This document shows, one piece after another, positions 1-8,086 of a stretch of DNA of 47,555 nucleotides; position 1 is the stretch's first letter, and the number at the start of each line of letters is the position of its first letter. Below the pieces are notes generated by a model. The model saw only the letters and a list, made by a program, of their open reading frames with translations. It was not told the origin of the DNA and did not search any database. The translations under genes were made by a program, and so were the position numbers. Source of the stretch: an uncultured Bacillota bacterium (GTDB taxonomy: Bacteria; Bacillota; Clostridia; Peptostreptococcales; Anaerovoracaceae); assembly GCA_946546075.1 (NCBI GenBank), contig CAMNNV010000001.1, positions 1-47,555 of the forward strand, read 5' to 3'.

Positions 1-1
1 T

Positions 2-1378
2 GTCTTCTACCAGAATGAAAGATACCGGGTCGATGGCCATTTCGTCATCGGCGGCATCGCATTTTTCTTCCTGAATTTCCTGGGACTGGCGTTGTTCATC
101 CTTTTGCTGCTCACGGCACTTATCGAGACGGCGAGCCTGAGGGATCTCATTCTGAAGCATACCATCCCGGCAATGATGGTACCGATGGGACTTTTCATTT
201 TGACAGTGATCGCTGCAGCGGCAGGTTACGGACTTGGCGCAGCAACATTTTTCTATAATCTGGCGGAGGATCTGGCGGCATCCGCGATCATCGCAGTGAT
301 CGGTTCGCTTTTGCTGGATCAGGATCCCGCAGTAACAAGAGGCAATATATCGTTCAGCAAAGAAGGGAGCGACAACATGGGAAACAGAGATGATTCACCA
401 TTCACATCAGCAAATTCCGTACAGGCACCGGAAGGTTACCGCAACGTTGCACTTGTGATCATTTTTGGAGTGATCACATTCGGCATCTACCTTCTCTACT
501 GGGTCTACAAAGTATCCGAGCAGATCAACAGAGAACTCATGACGGGCAAGTCGCCGGCAGCGCAGATGCTACTGTTCATGTTCGTGCCGTTTTACAGCTG
601 GTACTGGATCTATACCATGTCTCAGAACATACGCGAGTTCAGCTACAGGAAGGGATATGATCAGGATTCAGTACTGCCTGCCATAAACCTGGTGATCAGT
701 ATCATAGGTTTTTCTATTGTATCGATCGCTGTGATGCAGGATATGCTCAACAAGGCAGTGGGTGAGAATGCAGGAAGTGCCTACAGGTATTCCCAGATGC
801 ACCAGGGCTATCAGGGCTACGATCAGGGGCAGTATCAGGGTGCGCAGCAGCAGGCACATCAGGAGCAGGCGGCGCAGAATACACAGAGTGCACAGAATAC
901 GCAGAGTACGCAGAGCGGGCAGGGCGCCCAGCAGCAGACATACCGTCAGGCCCGTCAGGCGACGGATGTCGGAGCCGGCTACTTTTATGCAGGGGCTCAG
1001 AGCGAAGTGCATGATGCCTATGAGGACGAAGCACCGGCTGCAGATTATGAAGATATGGCCGAATATGAAATGGTAGAGAAGCCATCCGATGAAGCGGAAG
1101 AGGCCGGATACCATGAGCATCAGTCAGAAGAAGAAGGAGAGTATCAGGTAATGGATGAACAGGAATCAGGAAGACTGGACCAGTCGATATACGATCTGGT
1201 AAACGAGATCGAAAGGGAGCAGTCGCCATTTGAGAAGCAAGAAGAGCCGCAGACCGAGGAGAAGACGGAAGAGACGAAGGTGCCGTACGACGAATTGCGG
1301 AAGCTCAAGGATCTTCTGGATGAGGGCATCATCACGCAGGAAGAGTTCGACCAGCTCAAGCAGAAATTCATCAAGTAG
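2..1378 (+). CDS. Membrane protein (5'-truncated by the window) with a DUF4234-like membrane domain, Q/E-rich low-complexity linker and C-terminal SHOCT domain
   Basis: The frame of ORF 92..1378 is open back to position 2 (VFYQNERYRVDGHFVIGGIAFFFLNFLG). RNVALVIIFGVITFGIYLLYWVYK is DUF4234-like. The C-terminal YDELRKLKDLLDEGIITQEEFDQLKQKFI matches the SHOCT pattern. A possible internal start (GGGAG then ATG at 377) also exists. Confidence 0.7.
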   Translation, partial: VFYQNERYRVDGHFVIGGIAFFFLNFLGLALFILLLLTALIETASLRDLILKHTIPAMMVPMGLFILTVIAAAAGYGLGAATFFYNLAEDLAASAIIAVIGSLLLDQDPAVTRGNISFSKEGSDNMGNRDDSPFTSANSVQAPEGYRNVALVIIFGVITFGIYLLYWVYKVSEQINRELMTGKSPAAQMLLFMFVPFYSWYWIYTMSQNIREFSYRKGYDQDSVLPAINLVISIIGFSIVSIAVMQDMLNKAVGENAGSAYRYSQMHQGYQGYDQGQYQGAQQQAHQEQAAQNTQSAQNTQSTQSGQGAQQQTYRQARQATDVGAGYFYAGAQSEVHDAYEDEAPAADYEDMAEYEMVEKPSDEAEEAGYHEHQSEEEGEYQVMDEQESGRLDQSIYDLVNEIEREQSPFEKQEEPQTEEKTEETKVPYDELRKLKDLLDEGIITQEEFDQLKQKFIK

Positions 1379-1422
1379 CAGGCAGTAGATTCCCAAAAGA
1401 ATCAAAATAAGGGTCAAAAGAC

Positions 1423-1451
1423 TTGACGTATCGGAGCGCGTTCCATAAAAT
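1423..1451 (+). promoter_or_regulatory. sigma-A-type promoter for the small membrane protein gene
   Basis: TTGACG-N17-TAAAAT. Confidence 0.55.
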
Positions 1452-1493
1452 AGAAGATGTATCGCGACTCAGACGAAAGGATGGCATTATTAG

Positions 1494-1700
1494 ATGTTTA
1501 TACTTTTTATTGCTCTCGCAGGCGGCGTAGTGCTTCTTCTGCTGCTTCTGCGGAGCGTTGGTAAAAATACGAAATACAGGATCAAGAACGGAAGAGGTGT
1601 TGAGAAGTTCACTGAGATCGTTAAGGTGATCCTTCTCATTGAGACTGTTATATATATAGTCGTATTTGTAGTAGTAATCATAAAGACACTAGCTCTTTAA
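1494..1700 (+). CDS. Small hypothetical membrane protein, two predicted TM helices
   Basis: 68 aa with two hydrophobic stretches around a basic loop. It has its own promoter, a GAAAGGA SD-like site upstream and a terminator directly downstream. Confidence 0.6.
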   Translation: MFILFIALAGGVVLLLLLLRSVGKNTKYRIKNGRGVEKFTEIVKVILLIETVIYIVVFVVVIIKTLAL

Positions 1701-1705
1701 GAAAG

Positions 1706-1733
1706 AAGCGGACCCAGATTGGATCCGCTTTTT
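1706..1733. terminator. Rho-independent terminator between convergent genes
   Basis: AAGCGGA...TCCGCTT stem followed by TTT, with an A-rich 5' side. Confidence 0.7.
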
Positions 1734-1742
1734 GATTGCTTT

Positions 1743-2291
1743 TTAGAATCGGTCGCTGTACTGGATGAGGCTCCTGATGTAGCCTGTACGCGGTTTGCTT
1801 CCGCCTCCCATGACAGTGTTGTAATATACGATGGACGCTTCCAATGAATCTTCGCTTGTGCGAATGATGGCATAGGTCCCGCCGGAGCCGTCTCTTGGCA
1901 GCGACAGGCTTCCGGGATTCACAAAGCGTATGCCGTCGTACTCTTCTATGAGTGCGCAGTGGGTGTGCCCGAATACCGCTGCGATGCAGTCCTCCTCGCT
2001 AGCTTTGTACAATAGGTTCTGGAGGTCGTAGTCGACGTGCTGCATGTGTCCGTGGGTCACCAGGATGTTGCCGCACTCTGTTTCGACGATCTCGAAATCG
2101 CTGCTGCTCATGCTGCCGTCGCAGTTGCCTTTGACGCAGACGACCGGCACGTGGAATTCGTCCGAAAGATCCAGTCCGTCCCGCATGTAGTCTCCCGTGT
2201 GTATGATCAGATCGATATCCCGGAGTTTGCTCCAGATATCTCTGACTTTATTCAGTTTGCCGTGTGTATCTCCGATGACTAAAATTTTCAT
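1743..2291 (-). CDS. YfcE/YsnB (MJ0936) family metallophosphoesterase
   Basis: Motifs IGDTHG, HTGD, VKGNCD, THGH, FGHTH, NPGS. Confidence 0.9.
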   Translation of the reverse strand: MKILVIGDTHGKLNKVRDIWSKLRDIDLIIHTGDYMRDGLDLSDEFHVPVVCVKGNCDGSMSSSDFEIVETECGNILVTHGHMQHVDYDLQNLLYKASEEDCIAAVFGHTHCALIEEYDGIRFVNPGSLSLPRDGSGGTYAIIRTSEDSLEASIVYYNTVMGGGSKPRTGYIRSLIQYSDRF

Positions 2292-2297
2292 GAACCT

Positions 2298-2326
2298 AGT
2301 TTAGCATATAGCGGAGCCGTCAGCAA
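2298..2326 (-). promoter_or_regulatory. Extended -10 promoter, probably giving a leaderless transcript of the phosphoesterase
   Basis: Minus strand reads TTGCTG-N17-TAAACT with TGn before the -10. The ATG lies 6 nt after the -10 and there is no room for an SD. Confidence 0.5.
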
Positions 2327-2329
2327 ACA

Positions 2330-2358
2330 TTGACGAGAATTCTTTTATAAAGTACAAT
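2330..2358 (+). promoter_or_regulatory. sigma-A-type promoter of the MoaA-like/Fic-like operon
   Basis: TTGACG-N17-TACAAT. Confidence 0.65.
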
Positions 2359-2392
2359 AATAAATGTAAACTTATGGATATGAGAGGCAGAA

Positions 2393-2818
2393 ATGAAAGA
2401 TAGTAATATATACGTTACAGATGGTCAGGACCTGGCCGAAAAAGCAGAAGAACTCAAAGCATCCGGTGTGACCGGAGTCACCGTAGTGGTAAACACATTC
2501 AATTTCACAAGATATAACAAGACGAATGATGGCAAGCATCTGCAGCCTGTGATCGACGGGATCAATGCAGCGAAGAAGCAGAAGATGGATGTAAGACTGA
2601 ATGTTGAGATCAAGGAAGGTTTCAATGAGGATGAAGTCATAGATTTCCTGCAGCTCACCTATCAGCATGATTACGACATCGTTTTCATGCCTACCATCAG
2701 TTATGATTTTCTGAAGAGTAAAATGCCGGCCCTGCGCAAGGTCAAAGACGACAGTGAAGGTGTGGAGTTTTACAAGTATCCCGGAGCTATTGGGAGAATA
2801 GGTTTTATCACGAATTAG
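2393..2818 (+). CDS. MoaA-like protein fragment with no Fe-S cysteine motifs (probable pseudoenzyme)
   Basis: VTDGQDLAEKAEELKASGV, VIDGINAAK, IKEGFNEDEVIDFL and YKYPGAIGRIGFI mirror the central/C-terminal part of GTP 3',8-cyclase MoaA. The protein has no Cys. A GAGAGG SD precedes the ATG. Confidence 0.6.
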   Translation: MKDSNIYVTDGQDLAEKAEELKASGVTGVTVVVNTFNFTRYNKTNDGKHLQPVIDGINAAKKQKMDVRLNVEIKEGFNEDEVIDFLQLTYQHDYDIVFMPTISYDFLKSKMPALRKVKDDSEGVEFYKYPGAIGRIGFITN

Positions 2819-2828
2819 GGAGAGTGTC

Positions 2829-3569
2829 ATGCAGCACGAGAAATTAAACAGCATGAGAAAACAGCTGGCAAATTATCTGAGATCAGATGAATTGCTGAGG
2901 AATGCGATCAAAGAGCTGAGTTCCAAGGACATGATCAGAGGGTCGCTGCTTGCCAGGAATGCGCATCACAGCCAGGTAAAGCTCGACGAGATCCTCGATG
3001 AAGGGGAGCTCCAGAGAGATCTGCCGGTCAAGGATTACGTATTCATACAGAATTTCAGAGATGTGGTCAGAGTCGGCATGGTATGCCTGGAGATGGGAAA
3101 TTACCTGGATAAGTACCTGCTGCTCAGTTCCTACAGGACACTGACAGGCGATCAGAGTGCATATTTCAGGAAGACGAATCCTGTGATCTACTCCATCAAT
3201 CATGTACCTGCCCATTCTCTTGACATAGAAGATAAGCTGGATGACTGCCTGAGGCGCGTGTACAGAGCCGATTCCGGAAACGACGTGGTACTCAAGGCCA
3301 TGTTCATCCACAACAAGATGATCGATATCTATCCTTTCGAGGAATACAGCATAGAGCTGGCCATATTCGCTATGAATTATTTCCTGATGGAGAATGGCCT
3401 CGTTCCGGTGAACATGCCGATCGACAGGCGCAGTTATCTGGAGATCGTAGGGGAGAACCTCAAGGGTCACAGGCAGGAAGAATTCTACGGATTCCTCCAG
3501 AAAGCCATTTACGATAAGATGGAGGGAACGCTCACAGCCTGCGAAGAGTATGTACGTGAAAACAAATAA
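2829..3569 (+). CDS. Fic/DOC-fold protein with a degenerate active site
   Basis: Layout matches class II Fic proteins (FRKTNPVI..NHVPAH, LKAMFIHNKMIDIYPF, MNYFLMENGLVP), but HPFxDGNGRxxR reads YPFEEYSIELAI. Confidence 0.7.
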   Translation: MQHEKLNSMRKQLANYLRSDELLRNAIKELSSKDMIRGSLLARNAHHSQVKLDEILDEGELQRDLPVKDYVFIQNFRDVVRVGMVCLEMGNYLDKYLLLSSYRTLTGDQSAYFRKTNPVIYSINHVPAHSLDIEDKLDDCLRRVYRADSGNDVVLKAMFIHNKMIDIYPFEEYSIELAIFAMNYFLMENGLVPVNMPIDRRSYLEIVGENLKGHRQEEFYGFLQKAIYDKMEGTLTACEEYVRENK

Positions 3570-3587
3570 TTAAGAAATGCAATAAAA

Positions 3588-3625
3588 GATCTGCCCGCAA
3601 TGAAGCGGGCAGATCCGTTTTTTTT
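3588..3625. terminator. Bidirectional Rho-independent terminator
   Basis: GATCTGCCCGC-aatgaa-GCGGGCAGATC, with a T-run downstream and an A-run upstream. Confidence 0.85.
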
Positions 3626-4994
3626 ATTTGGATTTTTTGATGGCCTCGAGCTGCGCTTTGACGCTCTCAAAGGATGTTGAGCCTTCTGATTTCTTGGCTC
3701 TTATGCAGCTTTCGGGATCGATGTTTTCGTAGATATCCTCATCGAATTTATCGGAGAACTCCTTGAGTTTCTCAAGCGGGATATCTTCGATAGCCGTGCT
3801 GTTCTGGATGCAGTACAGTACGATGTGACCGATGATCTCGTGGCAGTCGCGGAACGGGATCCCTTTGCGTACGAGGTAGTCGGCAGCATCCGTAGCGTTC
3901 ATGAATCCGTTCTTGACGGCGGCACGCATGGTGTCCTTATTGAAGGTGATGGTGCTGACCATCTCTGTGAAGATGCCGATGGATGCCTTCAGGGTATCTA
4001 CGGCATCGAATACTGGCGGCTTGTCTTCCTGCATATCCTTGTTGTATGCCAGCGGCAGGCTCTTCATGAGGGTGTAGAGGCTCAGCATATCGCCGTAAAC
4101 TCTTCCCGTCTTGCCTCGGATCAGCTCTGCCATATCAGGATTCTTCTTCTGTGGCATGATGCTGCTTCCCGTGCTGAAGGCATCGTCCATCTCGATGAAT
4201 CCGAACTCAGTGGAATTCCAGAGAATGAGCTCCTCGCAGAACCTCGAAAGATGCATCATGATGATGGATGCGCAGGAGAGGAATTCCAAAGCGAAATCTC
4301 TGTCGCTTACTGCGTCGATGCTGTTCGGGCAGACTCTGTCGAAACCCAGCTTCTCGGCGAGGAACTGTCTGTCCGTATTATAAGTGGTGCCGGCCAGTGC
4401 TCCGCTTCCCAGTGGGAGAGCATTCATCCTGGCTCTGCAGTCTGCCAGTCTCGATACGTCCCTTGAGAACATCTGATAGTACGCCAGCATGTAGTGAGCA
4501 AGCGTCACAGGCTGCGCCCTCTGCAGGTGCGTATAGCCCGGCATGATGGTTTCCTGATTCTTCTCTGCGATATCATACAAAGTGTCCCCGAGCTTCTCAA
4601 GAAGGGAGGAGATGATGTCGATCTCTTCTCTCATGTAAAGTCTGAAGTCTACGGCTACCTGATCGTTTCGGCTCCTTGCGGTGTGGAGCTTCTTGCCCGT
4701 ATCTCCGATGCGCTCCGTAAGGACGGTCTCGATGTTCATGTGGATGTCTTCACCCTCGATGGTGAATTCCACTTTGCCTGCTTCGATGTCTTCTTTGATC
4801 TGAGCCAGTGTCTCGGTGATGAGATCTGCCTCTTCCTGCGTCAGGATGCCCTGCTTGGCCAGCATCTGTGCGTGTGCCGTGCTCCCCTGGATATCCTGTG
4901 CGTAGAATCTCTGGTCGAACTGTATGGACGCATTGAATTCATTCGCTGATTGAGTGGCAGATTTCGTGAACCTGCCTTTCCACATTTTTGCCAT
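3624..4994 (-). CDS. argH: Argininosuccinate lyase
   Basis: MWKGRF, HTARSRNDQV, PGYTHLQRAQP, GSSIMPQKKNPD, YNKDMQEDK. Confidence 0.97.
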   Translation of the reverse strand: MAKMWKGRFTKSATQSANEFNASIQFDQRFYAQDIQGSTAHAQMLAKQGILTQEEADLITETLAQIKEDIEAGKVEFTIEGEDIHMNIETVLTERIGDTGKKLHTARSRNDQVAVDFRLYMREEIDIISSLLEKLGDTLYDIAEKNQETIMPGYTHLQRAQPVTLAHYMLAYYQMFSRDVSRLADCRARMNALPLGSGALAGTTYNTDRQFLAEKLGFDRVCPNSIDAVSDRDFALEFLSCASIIMMHLSRFCEELILWNSTEFGFIEMDDAFSTGSSIMPQKKNPDMAELIRGKTGRVYGDMLSLYTLMKSLPLAYNKDMQEDKPPVFDAVDTLKASIGIFTEMVSTITFNKDTMRAAVKNGFMNATDAADYLVRKGIPFRDCHEIIGHIVLYCIQNSTAIEDIPLEKLKEFSDKFDEDIYENIDPESCIRAKKSEGSTSFESVKAQLEAIKKSK

Positions 4995-5063
4995 TTCTTA
5001 TATATCTCCATTCTGTTTTTTGTCGTAAAAATACACAAACATAATACATGAAACAAGGCTTCG

Positions 5064-5092
5064 TTGCAAGGTCAGGAGTTGTCTGATATAAT
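5064..5092 (+). promoter_or_regulatory. sigma-A promoter (extended -10) of the Lon-like ATPase
   Basis: TTGCAA-N17-TATAAT with TGa before the -10. This supports ATG 5124 as the real start. Confidence 0.7.
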
Positions 5093-5123
5093 CGTGTGGC
5101 AAGATCAGAAGAGGAGGGCAGAT

Positions 5124-6611
5124 ATGCCGGTATTTGATTTCAGTAAGACTCCGGAAAAAAACACGGATCCGATATGTACATACGAATTATTTTACTCTAA
5201 CGCTCACGAGATGGGATCTGAGAATCCTGTCCTCGTCATAGATAATACGAAGTGGAAATGGGAGGATCATGCCAAGGGCATGTTCACGAATCCCGTCAAG
5301 CGCACGAGCTTCGAGTTTGAAACGGAGACAGGCGTCTGGTCTGCGGACATCACACGCATCGATGCCAGATTCACAAGCCTCATCCAGTGGCTCGGCGAAA
5401 ACCATATCAATGTAAGCCTGACAGGCGTGAATACCGAGGACGGATATGCGGTTTTCGGTATCAACGAGATCGCATTTGGAGGCGGTACGAAGCTGTCTGC
5501 AGAGGACGGATTCCTCCAGTATATGATCGACAGACTCATTGCAGGAGATGCTCCTTCCGAGGAAGCCCTCGCAGGCGAAGAACTGATCCTGGAAGGGGAC
5601 GCCATGAAGCTTACGTCCATCCAGAGCATCACCGACTTCATCAAGTGCGCCGGGACGACTTTGCCTGACAACATCAGACTCTGGGCGAGCAGGAACCTGG
5701 CGGTTGCCAAGTCCAACGAGGTGACTGCGGCAGAGCGCCGTCACGCTCAGAGAGCACTGTCCATCATGCTCAACGTGCAGTGGAGGAACAACTATTTCGA
5801 GGCCATCGATCCTGTGGAAGCAAGGCGCATCCTGGACGAAGAACTCTACGGTATGGAGCCTGTGAAGCAGAGGATCATAGAGACGATCATCCAGATCAAC
5901 AGGACCCACACACTTCCTGCCTATGGTATCCTTCTCATCGGCCCTGCAGGGACCGGTAAATCACAGATCGCCTATGCAGTCGCAAGGATACTGAAACTCC
6001 CATGGACGACACTCGACATGAGTTCCATCAACGATCCGGAGCAGCTCACGGGAAGCTCCAGGATCTACTCCAACGCGAAGCCGGGCATGATCATGGAGGC
6101 CTTCTCTCATGCAGGAGAATCCAACCTGGTGTTCATCATCAACGAGCTGGACAAGGCCAACAGCGGCAAGGGTAGCGCCAATCCATCCGACGTGCTCCTG
6201 ACGCTCCTTGACAACCTGGGATTCACCGACAACTACATGGAGTGCATGATCCCGACATCCGGTGTATATCCTATCGCCACGGCAAACAGGAAGGAAGACA
6301 TCAGTGCACCGCTGCTCTCAAGATTCGCCATCATAGAGCTTCCGGACTACACCGATGAAGAAAAGAAGATCATATTCTCCGAGTACTCACTTCCGAAGGT
6401 CATCCGGAAGATGGGCCTCAAAGATGGGGAGTGCGAGGTCACCGAAGACGGTCTTGACGAGATCATCAGGGATCACAACGAGTCCGGCGGCATCAGAGAG
6501 CTGGAGCAGATCGCAGAACACATGGCCGCCAACGCTCTCTATCAGATCGAAGCAGAAGGCGCAAAGAACGTCGTGTTCGATGCAGAAGCCGTACGTAGGT
6601 TAATTAAATAA
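5124..6611 (+). CDS. Lon-type AAA+ ATPase lacking the protease domain
   Basis: Strong SD GAGGAGG before ATG 5124. Lon-like ARRILDEELYGMEPVKQRIIE, Walker A GPAGTGKS, Walker B region FIINELDK, TAN, LLSRFAIIELPDYTDEEK and GGIRELEQ. The protein ends with no Ser-Lys protease domain. Confidence 0.8.
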   Translation: MPVFDFSKTPEKNTDPICTYELFYSNAHEMGSENPVLVIDNTKWKWEDHAKGMFTNPVKRTSFEFETETGVWSADITRIDARFTSLIQWLGENHINVSLTGVNTEDGYAVFGINEIAFGGGTKLSAEDGFLQYMIDRLIAGDAPSEEALAGEELILEGDAMKLTSIQSITDFIKCAGTTLPDNIRLWASRNLAVAKSNEVTAAERRHAQRALSIMLNVQWRNNYFEAIDPVEARRILDEELYGMEPVKQRIIETIIQINRTHTLPAYGILLIGPAGTGKSQIAYAVARILKLPWTTLDMSSINDPEQLTGSSRIYSNAKPGMIMEAFSHAGESNLVFIINELDKANSGKGSANPSDVLLTLLDNLGFTDNYMECMIPTSGVYPIATANRKEDISAPLLSRFAIIELPDYTDEEKKIIFSEYSLPKVIRKMGLKDGECEVTEDGLDEIIRDHNESGGIRELEQIAEHMAANALYQIEAEGAKNVVFDAEAVRRLIK

Positions 6612-6640
6612 AAGCGATCCTTTCACAAAGCAGGAACTCT

Positions 6641-6835
6641 CAAGTGCTGGTGTGATGACTGTGTATTTTCCGCAGAAACAGCACTCGTTACCACGAATCA
6701 ATAATAAGAACATAAAATCCCGGGAACTGTCTGAGCCTTCAGGCGAGTTTTCCCGGGATTTGTTATGTTCTTTATTGATGAGTGATGTAACGATCTGTTT
6801 TGAGGACCTTTACACAGTCATTGCACCATCACTTG
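6641..6835 (+). repeat. ~195-nt imperfect palindrome (rod-like hairpin) whose inner stem can serve as a bidirectional terminator
   Basis: Outer arms 6641-6665/6811-6835 pair at 24 of 25 positions (2 G-U). Nested pairs: AAACAG/CTGTTT, TCGTTAC/GTAACGA, ATCAATAA/TTATTGAT, AAGAACATAA/TTATGTTCTT, AATCCCGGGAA/TTCCCGGGATT, TGTCTGA/TCAGGCG, closing a GCCT loop. Confidence 0.85.
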
Positions 6836-8058
6836 TTGTTTTCGTTCTCCAGCTCTTTCATCTTCATTGCACGTACCTTGAGTGGCAGTCCCCAAAGAGT
6901 GATGAATCCTTCTGCATCGTGGTGGTCGTAAAGGTCACCTGTTGTGAAGGATGCCAGGCTCTCATCGTAGAGGGAGTACGGTGAAGTTGTTCCGGCCTTG
7001 ATGATGTTGCCCTTGTACAGCTTGAACTTGACTTCGCCTGTTACGTACTTCTGCGTTGACTTCACGAATGCGATCATAGCTTCGTTCACCGGAGTGAACC
7101 ATTTACCTTCATAGATCGTCTGAGCCATGCGGTTTGCGATGTCCTTCTTGAGGTCTGTCGTAGCGCGGTCGAGTACCAGCTCTTCCAGCTGCTGGTGTGC
7201 CTCCATGAGGATCGTTCCACCCGGAGTCTCATATACGCCTCTTGACTTCATACCTACAACACGGTTCTCAACGATATCGATGATGCCGATGCCGTGCTTG
7301 CCGCCCAGTTCGTTGAGCTTCTTTATGATATCGGAAGGTTTCATTTCTTCGCCGTTTATGGATACAGGAACACCTTCTTTGAACTTCATTGTTACATATT
7401 CACCTTCGTCAGGTGCTTTCTCAGGTGGGTTAGTGAGTACAAGCAGATGCTCGTAGTTTGGCTCCAGTGATGGTCTTTCGAGTTCAAGTCCTTCGTGGCT
7501 CAGGTGCCAGAGGTTACGGTCACGTGAGTAACTCTGGTCGTTTGAGAACGGAAGATCGATGCCGTGTGCTTTGCAGTAGTCGATCTCTGCCTGACGTGAA
7601 TCCATCTGCCATTTGTCGTCTCTCCATGGAGCAATGACCTGAAGTTCAGGAGCAAGTGCCTTGATGCCCAGTTCGAAACGGATCTGGTCGTTGCCTTTAC
7701 CGGTAGCACCGTGGCAGATCGCAACGGCACCTTCCTTGCGTGCGACTTCTACGAGAGCCTTTGTGATGACAGGACGTGCCATGGCAGTACCCAGCAGGTA
7801 TTTGTTCTCATATACTGCTCCGGCCTGTACGCAAGGCATGATGAAATCTTCTGCGAATTCATCTACTACATCCTCGATATATAATTTAGCTGCTCCGGAA
7901 TACTTGGCTCTTTCTTCGAGTCCATCAAGCTCTTCACCCTGTCCGCAGTCTACGCAGCAACATACTACATCGTAACCATAATTCTCCTTCAGCCAGGGGA
8001 TGATAGCTGTCGTATCAAGACCGCCTGAATAAGCCAGAACCACTTTTTCTTTTGCCAT
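6829..8058 (-). CDS. argG: Argininosuccinate synthase
   Basis: VVLAYSGGLDT, HGATGKGNDQIRFE, YSRDRNLWH, SRGVYETPGG. Confidence 0.97.
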   Translation of the reverse strand: MAKEKVVLAYSGGLDTTAIIPWLKENYGYDVVCCCVDCGQGEELDGLEERAKYSGAAKLYIEDVVDEFAEDFIMPCVQAGAVYENKYLLGTAMARPVITKALVEVARKEGAVAICHGATGKGNDQIRFELGIKALAPELQVIAPWRDDKWQMDSRQAEIDYCKAHGIDLPFSNDQSYSRDRNLWHLSHEGLELERPSLEPNYEHLLVLTNPPEKAPDEGEYVTMKFKEGVPVSINGEEMKPSDIIKKLNELGGKHGIGIIDIVENRVVGMKSRGVYETPGGTILMEAHQQLEELVLDRATTDLKKDIANRMAQTIYEGKWFTPVNEAMIAFVKSTQKYVTGEVKFKLYKGNIIKAGTTSPYSLYDESLASFTTGDLYDHHDAEGFITLWGLPLKVRAMKMKELENENNK

Positions 8059-8086
8059 TTCGAAACCTCCAATAATATACGTGATT

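Noticed and set aside
800-960. Short tandem repeats as a CRISPR or contingency locus
   Set aside because: They are in-frame, degenerate 9-18 bp coding repeats with no spacers. No cas genes or repeat-spacer arrays were seen anywhere in the window.
2393-2818. Labelling the MoaA-like gene as moaA or as a simple pseudogene
   Set aside because: It cannot be functional MoaA without cysteines. It also has an intact promoter, SD, start and stop, and no remnant of the missing parts in the flanks, so decay is not supported either.
5064-5123. TTG-started extension of the Lon-like ATPase (likewise the extensions at 25552, 32484, 43236 and 45988)
   Set aside because: The TTG is part of the -35 box. In each case a downstream ATG has a proper SD and matches the family start.
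6641-6835. Calling the long hairpin 6S RNA, or a SECIS-like readthrough signal for the argG TGA
   Set aside because: There is no large central bubble or evident promoter for 6S. ArgG is already complete at the TGA, and readthrough would add only a short peptide with no recognisable features. A covariance-model search is needed before any ncRNA name is given.
6652-6984. 110-aa plus-strand ORF across the long palindrome
   Set aside because: No SD and no recognisable motif, and it overlaps argG antisense. The region is better explained as a structured repeat.
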